Source of the DNA: an uncultured Acidobacteriota bacterium | GTDB taxonomy: Bacteria; Acidobacteriota; Vicinamibacteria; Vicinamibacterales; 2-12-FULL-66-21 | Length of the DNA stretch: 64,000 bases | Reading direction: 5' to 3' | Assembly: GCA_963797625.1 (NCBI GenBank) | Contig: CAWCQI010000027.1 | Location: 192,774-256,773, forward strand | In this document: piece by piece, positions 10,168 through 16,926 of the stretch | Position numbering within the stretch: position 1 is the first letter of the stretch | How the letters are laid out: each line of letters opens with the position of its first letter | Made by a program: the position numbers and the translations under genes | The notes under the pieces: generated by a model | The model's database searches: none | The model's input: only the letters and a program-made list of their open reading frames with translations | What the model was told of the DNA's origin: nothing

Positions 10168-11025
10168 ATGGCTGACCGCTCAGAAGCCCAGCACCGCGCC
10201 GACATCGTCGAAGTCGGTCGCCGTCTTTATGCGCGCGGCTACACCGCCTCGAACGACGGCAACATCAGCCTCCGGCTCGACGCGTCGCGGCTGCTGATGA
10301 CGCCGACCAACGTCTGCAAGGGGTTCATGACCGTCGAGATGATGTGCATCACCGATCTCGACGGGAAGAAGATTGCCGGCGAGCGCAATCCGTCCTCCGA
10401 AATGCAGATGCACCTCGAGGTCTACCGCCAACGTCCCGAAATCCAGGCGGTGGTCCACGCACACCCGCCCATCGCCACCGGCTTCGCGGTCGCCGGTATC
10501 CCGCTCGATCGCGCGGTGCTTGCCGAGGTCGTCACCACGCTCGGGAGCGTGCCGATCGCCGAGTACGCGACGCCCTCGACCCGCGAGCTGCCTGAGGCCG
10601 TGCGCAAGTACGTCAAGGCGCACGATGGCATGCTCCTCGCCAACCACGGCGCGCTGACGCTCGGCGCCGACGTGTTCTCGGCCTACTACAAGATGGAGAC
10701 GATCGAGCACTTCGCCAAGATCAGTCTGGTGGCGCGAATGCTCGGCGGCGAGCGCCTGCTGTCGCGCGAGGAGGTCGCGCGGCTCGAGAAATTGCGCGGC
10801 TCCTACGGGATCGCCGCGCCCGCGCCGATCTGTCCCGAGCCCTCCGCCGCTGACCCGCTCGATTGCCAGGTGGTTCAGGCGCCATCGTCGACGCCAGGCG
10901 AGCGACTGGTTCCCCGGTCGCCCTCGGTGCGGCCGGGATCCGGCGTAGGCCCTGATGAGGAAATTCGGCTAACATACAGCGAGTTGACGGCGCTCATCGA
11001 GGACGCCGTACGAAGTCTCAAGTAG
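10168..11025 (+). CDS. class II aldolase/adducin-family enzyme (FucA/RhaD-like) with C-terminal encapsulation-peptide-like helix
   Basis: Zn/catalytic residues present (SSEMQMH, VVHAHPP, LLANHGALTLG). A ~55-aa Pro/Ser-rich linker follows, then the terminal amphipathic helix LTYSELTALIEDAVRSLK. Confidence 0.8.
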   Translation: MADRSEAQHRADIVEVGRRLYARGYTASNDGNISLRLDASRLLMTPTNVCKGFMTVEMMCITDLDGKKIAGERNPSSEMQMHLEVYRQRPEIQAVVHAHPPIATGFAVAGIPLDRAVLAEVVTTLGSVPIAEYATPSTRELPEAVRKYVKAHDGMLLANHGALTLGADVFSAYYKMETIEHFAKISLVARMLGGERLLSREEVARLEKLRGSYGIAAPAPICPEPSAADPLDCQVVQAPSSTPGERLVPRSPSVRPGSGVGPDEEIRLTYSELTALIEDAVRSLK

Positions 11026-11139
11026 CTATCAGCCATCAGCTGTCAGCTCTCAGCTCTCAGCTGGCGACAGTCGGACGACAAGACAGAATCACTAACAGCG
11101 GCGAGCTGACAGCTGAGAGCTGATAGCTGAGAGCTTTTT
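11024..11139 (+). terminator. long imperfect hairpin of AGCTNTC 7-mers followed by a T5 tract (terminator/attenuator-like) inside the BMC operon
   Basis: Left arm 11024-11063 and right arm 11104-11135 pair at about 28 of 32 positions. The loop is ~40 nt. ttttt at 11135-11139 lies just before the BMC-H RBS ggagg. Confidence 0.5.
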
Positions 11140-11152
11140 GTGGAGGCAGCAC

Positions 11153-11446
11153 ATGGGTGAGGCGCTCGGGATGGTCGAGACCAAAGGTCTCGTCGCGATG
11201 ATCGAGGCCGCGGACGCGATGGTCAAGGCCGCCAAGGTCACGCTCGTCGGCTGGGAAAAGATCGGCGCGGGTTATGTGACGGCAATCGTGCGCGGCGACG
11301 TCGCCGCAGTGAAGGCGGCGACCGACGCCGGCGCCGCCGCGGCGCGGCGCGTCGGAGAGCTCGTATCGGTGCACGTCATTCCGCGTCCGCATGCCAACCT
11401 CGAGGACGCGCTGCCGATCGGAAAGGCGACCGCAAGCGCGAAATGA
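11153..11446 (+). CDS. BMC-H shell protein (PduA/EutM/CcmK-type, single BMC domain)
   Basis: [63 protein letters not shown] ggagg at 11142-11146; ATG at 11153. Confidence 0.9.
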   Translation: MGEALGMVETKGLVAMIEAADAMVKAAKVTLVGWEKIGAGYVTAIVRGDVAAVKAATDAGAAAARRVGELVSVHVIPRPHANLEDALPIGKATASAK

Positions 11447-11715
11447 TCCTGGCGAAGATTGTCGGCACCGTGGTCGCCACGCGCAAAGACGACCGGCTGC
11501 TGAGCAGCAAGCTGCTCGTCGCGCGCCCGATGGATCCCCGAGGGAAGCCCGAAGGCAGCTACCTGGTAGCCGTCGACACGGTTGACGCGGGCGTCGGCGA
11601 GACGGTGCTGATCGTCAGCGGCAGCTCGGCGCGCATGGCCGCCGGCCTCAAGGATTGCCCGGTCGATGCCGCCATTGTCGGCATCGTCGATGCGATCGAA
11701 GTCAGGGAAACGTAA
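11443..11715 (+). CDS. BMC-P vertex protein (EutN/CcmL family), paralogue 1
   Basis: [71 protein letters not shown] overlap with BMC-H. Confidence 0.9.
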   Translation: MILAKIVGTVVATRKDDRLLSSKLLVARPMDPRGKPEGSYLVAVDTVDAGVGETVLIVSGSSARMAAGLKDCPVDAAIVGIVDAIEVRET

Positions 11716-11993
11716 TGCAGCTCGCTCGTGTCATCGGTGAGGTCGTCGCGACGATGAAGGACGCGAATCTGGCCGCGTCGAAACTGCTGGTACTGCAGCC
11801 GCTGACTGCCGCCGGCGAGCCGGTCGGCCGCACGCTCGTCGCGCTCGATTCAGTCGGTGCGGGCGTTGGCGAGAACGTCTTCTTCGTCCGCGGCCGGGAG
11901 GCCGCGTTTCCGTTCTATCCCGCCGAGCCGCCGACCGACGCGTCGATCATCGGGATCGTCGACTACTGGCACACCGAGAGCGGCGGCGCCTAG
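11715..11993 (+). CDS. BMC-P vertex protein (EutN/CcmL family), paralogue 2
   Basis: [57 protein letters not shown]. Its ATG shares a base with the upstream TAA stop. Confidence 0.85.
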   Translation: MQLARVIGEVVATMKDANLAASKLLVLQPLTAAGEPVGRTLVALDSVGAGVGENVFFVRGREAAFPFYPAEPPTDASIIGIVDYWHTESGGA

Positions 11994-11997
11994 GCCA

Positions 11998-12277
11998 ATG
12001 CAAATCGCGCGTGTGGTCGGTACCGTGGTCTCCACGCAGAAGAACCGGAAGCTGGAGGGCGCCAAGCTGCTGCTCGTCCAGCCGCTGTCGATCGATGATG
12101 CACCGCGCGGCGTCCCGCTCATCGCGATCGATTCGGTGGGCGCCGGCATCGGCGAAAAGGTGCTGGTGGTGATCGAGGGCAAGGCCGCCGGGCGACGCGC
12201 TCGGCAAGAAAGCCGCCGCGGTCGATGCCGCGATCATCGGGATCATCGATACAATTACTTGCAATGCTGAATGCTGA
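11998..12277 (+). CDS. BMC-P vertex protein (EutN/CcmL family), paralogue 3; +1 frameshift at ~12190-12193
   Basis: MQIARVVGTVVSTQKNRKLEGAKLLLVQP..IAIDSVGAGIGEKVLVVIEGKAAG, then frame 2 gives DALGKKAAAVDAAIIGIIDTITCNAEC. The extra base lies in a ggg run. The stop codon sits inside the repeat at 12261-12342. Confidence 0.8.
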
Positions 12278-12342
12278 GTGCTGAATGTAAATGATGAATT
12301 CAGCATTTACTTCAGCATTCAGCATTCAGCACTCAGCATTGC
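12261..12342. repeat. 82-nt near-perfect palindrome of GCTGAAT/GCTGAGT heptamers centred on gaattc
   Basis: The arm gcaatgctgaatgctgagtgctgaatg matches the reverse complement of cattcagcattcagcactcagcattgc with 2 mismatches in 27. Lies between BMC-P3 and the small Cys protein. Confidence 0.85.
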
Positions 12343-12354
12343 AAGGATCAGCAT

Positions 12355-12564
12355 ATGGATGAACAGGCACTGCGCGCGATGGTCCGCGAGGCGGTGGCGA
12401 AGCGCCTGCAGACGCCCCAGCCGGTTGCGCCCGCCGCCCCCGCGGCCTTCTCGGCGCATGTGAGCCACATCCGCTACGTGCTGCCGAAGTCCGATGGGCC
12501 CTGCCTCATCGAACCGACCGTTTCCTGCAACCACTGTGGCTACTGCGAATCGCACGGACACTGA
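12355..12564 (+). CDS. small BMC-associated protein: N-terminal encapsulation-peptide-like helix, Pro/Ala linker, C-terminal C-x8-C-x2-C-x2-C motif
   Basis: MDEQALRAMVREAVAKRLQ (amphipathic), then TPQPVAPAAPAAF, then PCLIEPTVSCNHCGYCESHGH. GC3 counted by eye over 12481-12561 is 21 of 27 in this frame, against 13 of 25 in the overlapping frame. Confidence 0.6.
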   Translation: MDEQALRAMVREAVAKRLQTPQPVAPAAPAAFSAHVSHIRYVLPKSDGPCLIEPTVSCNHCGYCESHGH

Positions 12565-13525
12565 TTCGCGCCCTCGCGTCCTCCTGACCCGCCGGATCCC
12601 CGCGTCGGTCCTGTCGAAGCTCGAAGCTGGCTGCGACGTCGAGCTGTATGACGGCGGGGCGCCGCTGACGGCCGCCGAGCTCGTCAACCGGCTGCAGGGC
12701 AAGCAGGGGCTGGTCTGCGTCCTGACCGATCCAGTGAATGCAGACGTGCTGGCGGCGGCGCCGGATCTGAAGGTCGTCGCCAACATCGCCGTCGGTTACG
12801 ACAACATCAACGTCGCGGCCGCTCACGCGCGACACATCGTCGTGACCAACACACCTGACGTGCTGACCCAGTCGACCGCCGAGTTCACGTGGGCGCTGAT
12901 TCTGGCGGTGACGCGCCGGCTTGTCGAAGGCGAGCGGTTGGTGCGCAGAGGCGGCTGGAAGGGGTGGGCGCTCGACTTCATGCTCGGCATGGAGCTCGGC
13001 GGCAAGCAGCTCGGGATCATCGGCAGGGGACGGATTGGCCGCGCGGTCGCGGCCCGCGCGCCGGCATTCGGCATGACGGCGGTCTTCATGGCGAGAGAGG
13101 GACGGCCTGCCCTCGACCTGCCCGAGATGTCGCTCGACGAGCTGCTGGTCAGCTCGGACGTCATCTCAATCCACACGCCGCTGACGCCGTCGACTCGACA
13201 CTTGATCGACAAGCGAGCGCTGGCCCGGATGAAGCGGTCGGCGTATCTCGTCAACACGGCGCGCGGACCGGTCGTCGACGAAGAGGCGCTCGCCTGGGCG
13301 CTCAACGAACACTTGATTGCCGGCGCCGCGCTCGACGTCTACGAGAAGGAACCTGAAGTCTTCGCCGGGCTCCTCGGCCTCGAGAACGTCGTGCTGGCGC
13401 CGCATCTTGGCAGCGCCACGCGCGAGACGCGGACGGCGATGGCCGATCTTGCCGTGTCGAACGTGCTCGCCGTCCTTCACGGCCGTCCGGCGCTGACGCC
13501 TGTCACGCCGCGGACGGGACCCTAG
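12494..13525 (+). CDS. D-isomer-specific 2-hydroxyacid dehydrogenase (GyaR/HprA-like); 5' end unresolved
   Basis: Conserved core starts at RPRVLLTRRIP (~12571). LGIIGRGRIGRAVA (GxGxxG), NTARG, LDVYEKEP, APHLGSAT. No ATG/GTG lies just upstream of the core. ATG 12494 and GTG 12536 overlap the small ORF in a low-GC3 frame. Confidence 0.8.
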   Translation: MGPASSNRPFPATTVATANRTDTDSRPRVLLTRRIPASVLSKLEAGCDVELYDGGAPLTAAELVNRLQGKQGLVCVLTDPVNADVLAAAPDLKVVANIAVGYDNINVAAAHARHIVVTNTPDVLTQSTAEFTWALILAVTRRLVEGERLVRRGGWKGWALDFMLGMELGGKQLGIIGRGRIGRAVAARAPAFGMTAVFMAREGRPALDLPEMSLDELLVSSDVISIHTPLTPSTRHLIDKRALARMKRSAYLVNTARGPVVDEEALAWALNEHLIAGAALDVYEKEPEVFAGLLGLENVVLAPHLGSATRETRTAMADLAVSNVLAVLHGRPALTPVTPRTGP

Positions 13526-13610
13526 AAGCCATTTCACTAATGGCGCGAACGAGCGTAGCGAGTGAGCCACGCGATCGGAGCGCGCCGTCGCCAGCGGCGC
13601 GCGAGAGCGC

Positions 13611-14357
13611 GTGTCGGGGAGTCCGAGGGGCGAAGCCCCTCGGGTAAGACTAGACCAGGTGCCCCTGCCGCCGCAGCCGAAGGTTCCGCGCGGGCGCATC
13701 GCCGCGGTGATGCGCCGCCTGGCGAAGGCGATCGATGGGCTCGACGAGCCGGCGGTCGAGAAGATCGCCGCCGAGCAGCATGACGATCCGTTTCAGGTAC
13801 TGATCGCGACCATGCTGTCGGCGCAAACGCGCGATGCCGTCACGGCCTCAGCATCGAGGCGTCTGTTCCGGGCCGCTCGTACTCCGCGTACGATCGCCAG
13901 GCTGCCGACGGCGCGCGTCGAGGCGCTCATCTACCCCGTGAGCTTCTATCGAAACAAGGCCGTGCACGTCGTCGAGACCTGCAAGCAGCTCCTCGAACGC
14001 TTTGACGGCCGCGTGCCGCCGACGATGAACGACCTGCTGACGCTGCCGGGGGTCGGCCGCAAAACGGCGAACCTGGTCCTGATTCTCGCGCACCGCAGCG
14101 CCGACAACATCTGCGTCGACACGCACGTGCATCGCATCTCGAATCGGCTTGGCTGGGTGCGGACCCGGACGCCGGAAGAGACCGAGCGCGCGCTCTATCG
14201 AGTGGTCGAGCAGCGCTGGTGGCCAGTCGTCAATTTGTACCTCGTGACCTGGGGACAGAACGTCTGTCGGCCGGTGTATCCCCTATGCGGGAGTTGCGCG
14301 ATTGCCGATCTATGCCCCAGAATCGGCGTGACCCGGGTGGGGAAGGCTGCCAAGTGA
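13611..14357 (+). CDS. nth: endonuclease III (DNA glycosylase/AP lyase)
   Basis: LIATMLSAQTRD, HhH-GPD LPGVGRKTANLVL, VDTHV, and Fe-S cluster C-x6-C-x2-C-x5-C (CRPVYPLCGSCAIADLC). The true start is probably at MRRLAKAI (13710). Confidence 0.85.
   Translation: MSGSPRGEAPRVRLDQVPLPPQPKVPRGRIAAVMRRLAKAIDGLDEPAVEKIAAEQHDDPFQVLIATMLSAQTRDAVTASASRRLFRAARTPRTIARLPTARVEALIYPVSFYRNKAVHVVETCKQLLERFDGRVPPTMNDLLTLPGVGRKTANLVLILAHRSADNICVDTHVHRISNRLGWVRTRTPEETERALYRVVEQRWWPVVNLYLVTWGQNVCRPVYPLCGSCAIADLCPRIGVTRVGKAAK
13623..13643 (+). terminator. GC-rich 8-bp hairpin downstream of the dehydrogenase gene (no U tract)
   Basis: ccgagggg cgaag cccctcgg. It lies inside the nominal 5' end of ORF 13611, which argues for a later nth start. 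Confidence 0.3.
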
Positions 14358-14363
14358 GGACCT

Positions 14364-14900
14364 ATGAAACTGATTGCGTGCGCACTGGGCGTCTTGTTGT
14401 TGATGCCCTCGACCGTCAACTCTGAACAGACATCTCCAGGTGCCGGGCCGATCATCGTGCTCGACACCGCCAAAGGTGTCATCGAGATCGAGACCTACCC
14501 GGAGGAGGCCCCGAAGACCGTCGCGCACGTGCTCGCGCTCATCAAGAAAGGGTTCTACAACGGCCTGAGGTTTCACCGCGCTGAAGCGGGATTCGTGATT
14601 CAGGTCGGCGATCCGCAGACGCGTGACATGACGAAGCAGTCGTCGTGGGGCACGGGAAGCAGCGGCACGCCGATCGGCGTCGCCGAGATCACGAAGAAGC
14701 GGCGGAATGGCCCTGGCGCCGTCGGCATGGCTCACAGCGGTTCGGCCAAAGACGCGTCGAGCCAGTTCTACATCACGCTGCGCGCTGCACCGACGCTCGA
14801 CGGAAAGTTTGCCGTGTTCGGCAAGGTGATCAAAGGGCTGGACGTTGCCGCCAAGATCCAGAAAGCCGATGTGCTCAAGAAGGCTTCGGTGAAGGAATGA
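14364..14900 (+). CDS. cyclophilin-type peptidyl-prolyl cis-trans isomerase, secreted
   Basis: Signal peptide MKLIACALGVLLLMPS; FHRAEAGFVIQVGDP, GAVGMAH, QFYITL, FGKVIKG. Confidence 0.85.
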   Translation: MKLIACALGVLLLMPSTVNSEQTSPGAGPIIVLDTAKGVIEIETYPEEAPKTVAHVLALIKKGFYNGLRFHRAEAGFVIQVGDPQTRDMTKQSSWGTGSSGTPIGVAEITKKRRNGPGAVGMAHSGSAKDASSQFYITLRAAPTLDGKFAVFGKVIKGLDVAAKIQKADVLKKASVKE

Positions 14901-15840
14901 GCGCCGGCTGCAGAATCCTGACGAGGCCCTTCAGATCCGGATAGCGCTCGACGAACTCTTCCGGGTAGTCGCCCGGAAGCGTCTGGCCCAGCTGGTGCTT
15001 GAGGATCGCAGCGTTGGCCACCGCCTTCGCCGAGAAGTGATTGTTGGTGTAGAGATACGCCTTCTTCACTGCCCGTGCCGCCTCGCCGGCCGCCGCGGCG
15101 AATGGCTCGAGCTCGTCGGCCGAGTAGAGATAGTTGTAGCGGTCTTCGGCCTTCTCGTGCGTCCACCACTGTGCGGTGTTACGGCCGTGCAGGCGGAGGT
15201 AGTAGAAGGATCGGACGTTGGGCCGCAGGTCCTGCCGAATCGACGTCCTGAACTTGGGCTCGTCGATCTGCGTCCAGGCGGCGCCGAACGTTTCGAGCAG
15301 GTCGAACGTCGAACGCGGGTCATCGCTCCAGCTCCGATGGCGCAGTTCGACGGCGACGCTGTACTCCCTGAACTGCTCCAGGAGCCATTCCAGGTATCCG
15401 CGCGCGTCAGGCTCATTGGTGAAGCTGGCTGGAAACTGGGCGAGGAGCGCGCCCAGCTTGCCGGCTGATGCCAGCGGGTCGATCGCGCGACGGAACTCGT
15501 CGACGTCGCGCTCGCCGAGGTCGTGCGGATCGCTGCCCACGGCCTTGTGGAACATCTCGGGGTGGGTGAACTTCTGAAAGAGCTTCAGCGAGAAGTCAAA
15601 GTCCCTGGGCGTGCGGTCAGCCCAGCCCTTCGTTGTCGATGCCGCCGGCACGCCGTAGAACGTCGAGTTGATCTCGACGGTGTCGAAGTGCTCGGCGTAG
15701 TAGGCGAGCTCGTCGAACTTGCCGCGCCGGCGCGCGCGTGGCTGCGCCGGGTAGAAGATCCCGTTCCAGGTGCCCTGGCCGGACGGATAGTGCCAGCCTG
15801 AAGTGCCGATTTTGATTAGCGCCGTGCTACTTGTAGGCAT
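14875..15840 (-). CDS. DUF72 (UPF0759) family protein
   Basis: IKIGTSGWHY..YAEHFDTVEINSTFYG..ELRHRSW. Its ATG overlaps the end of the upstream ArsC-like gene by 14 nt. Confidence 0.75.
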   Translation of the reverse strand: MPTSSTALIKIGTSGWHYPSGQGTWNGIFYPAQPRARRRGKFDELAYYAEHFDTVEINSTFYGVPAASTTKGWADRTPRDFDFSLKLFQKFTHPEMFHKAVGSDPHDLGERDVDEFRRAIDPLASAGKLGALLAQFPASFTNEPDARGYLEWLLEQFREYSVAVELRHRSWSDDPRSTFDLLETFGAAWTQIDEPKFRTSIRQDLRPNVRSFYYLRLHGRNTAQWWTHEKAEDRYNYLYSADELEPFAAAAGEAARAVKKAYLYTNNHFSAKAVANAAILKHQLGQTLPGDYPEEFVERYPDLKGLVRILQPALIPSPKPS

Positions 15841-16153
15841 CCTTGTTGAACCCGAAGGTCACCTTCGAGCCCTGGATCAGAATCGGCCGCTTGATGAGGT
15901 TTGGCTGCTGCATCATCAAGTCGATCGCCTCCTTCTTGGACTTCGGTAAAGGCCGCTCCTTGAACACCGGGCTCCGCGTGCTGACGAAATCGAGGAAGCG
16001 GTCGGCGTCGATGTGCTTCTCGAGAAACGCGCGATCCGGTGGGTGTTTGTTGATGTCCCGCTCTTCGACGTCGATCTTCTGCTGCTCCAGAAAACTTCTG
16101 GCGTTTCTGCAGGTCGTTCACGTGGGCTTGAGGTAGAGGATCGGCTTGGCCAT
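15827..16153 (-). CDS. ArsC/Spx/YffB-family thioredoxin-fold protein with one in-frame TGA at the CxxC position (candidate selenocysteine, U-T-T-C)
   Basis: Manual translation: MAKPILYLKPT[TGA]TTCRNARSFLEQQKIDVEERDINKHPPDRAFLEKHIDADRFLDFVSTRSPVFKERPLPKSKKEAIDLMMQQPNLIKRPILIQGSKVTFGFNKDAYK*. 109 codons with high GC3. The TGA is at 16118-16120. Absent from the ORF track because of the stop. Confidence 0.6.
16079..16112 (-). promoter_or_regulatory. candidate bacterial SECIS hairpin
   Basis: mRNA CUGC-AGAAACG-CCAGAA-GUU-UUCUGG-A-GCAG starts 6 nt after the UGA. The apical loop begins with GU, about 22 nt downstream of the UGA. Confidence 0.35.
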
Positions 16154-16200
16154 GTCCGTATTGTACGTCTCGGACGCGGTACAATTGCTGTTTGGTCCCG

Positions 16201-16842
16201 ATGCTGACGATCAACGAGATTTTCCACTCGATTCAGGGAGAGTCGACCCATACCGGCCGGCCCTGTGTCTTCGTCCGCCTGACCGCGTGCGACCTGCGCT
16301 GCTCGTGGTGTGACACGCCGTACGCGTTTCATGAAGGCCGGAAGATGAGCATCGATCAGGTCGTCGCCGATGTGGCCGCGTTCGAGTGTCCGGTGGTCGA
16401 GATTACCGGTGGTGAGCCACTGCTCCAGCCAGACGTCTATCCCCTGATGAGCGAACTCCTGCAGCGGGGCCATACGGTCCTCCTCGAGACCGGTGGTCAC
16501 CGCAGCGTCGCGCAGGTCCCCGCTGGCGTCATCCGGATCATCGACGTGAAGTGTCCGGCGAGCGGCGAGTCAGCGAAGAACGACTGGTCGAACCTGGATC
16601 TCCTGACGCCGACCGACGAAGTCAAGTTCGTGGTGCAGGATCGGCAGGACTACGAGTTCGCAAAGGACGTGATCAGGCGGCACGCGCTCGAAGGGCGGTG
16701 CGCCGCGATTCTGCTGTCGCCCGTGCACGGTGTCCTGCCCGGCCACGAGCTCGCGGCGTGGATCCTCGCCGACCGTCTCCCGGTCCGGCTGCAGTTGCAG
16801 GCGCACAAGTACATCTGGAGCGCGGATGCCCGAGGCGTCTGA
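16201..16842 (+). CDS. queE: 7-carboxy-7-deazaguanine synthase (radical SAM)
   Basis: MLTINEIFHSIQGESTHTGRPCVFVRLTACDLRCSWCDT (CxxxCxxC). The ORF opens at TTG 16192; ATG 16201 preferred. Confidence 0.85.
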   Translation: MLTINEIFHSIQGESTHTGRPCVFVRLTACDLRCSWCDTPYAFHEGRKMSIDQVVADVAAFECPVVEITGGEPLLQPDVYPLMSELLQRGHTVLLETGGHRSVAQVPAGVIRIIDVKCPASGESAKNDWSNLDLLTPTDEVKFVVQDRQDYEFAKDVIRRHALEGRCAAILLSPVHGVLPGHELAAWILADRLPVRLQLQAHKYIWSADARGV

Positions 16843-16845
16843 CGC

Positions 16846-16925
16846 CACGGATCACACGGATCATCGCCACGGATCAATCGGAACATCGATCACGGATCCA
16901 CGGATTACACGGATTACACGGATCA
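16846..16925 (+). repeat. array of about seven CACGGAT(C/T)A 9-mers filling the queE-queC spacer
   Basis: cacggatca cacggatca tcgc cacggatca atcggaacatcgat cacggatc cacggatta cacggatta cacggatca. Direct repeats with no complementary arm. Confidence 0.85.
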
Positions 16926-16926
16926 G

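Noticed and set aside
16154-16200. preQ1 riboswitch upstream of queE, or in the queE-queC spacer
   Set aside because: No preQ1-type hairpin or A-rich tail is recognisable. The 47-nt divergent spacer is too short and the queE-queC spacer is filled by the 9-mer array.
16846-16925. Possible CRISPR array (regularly spaced short repeats here and at the other periodic elements)
   Set aside because: The units are only 7-11 nt and directly abut each other, or form complementary arms. There are no unique 25-40 nt spacers and no cas genes in the window.
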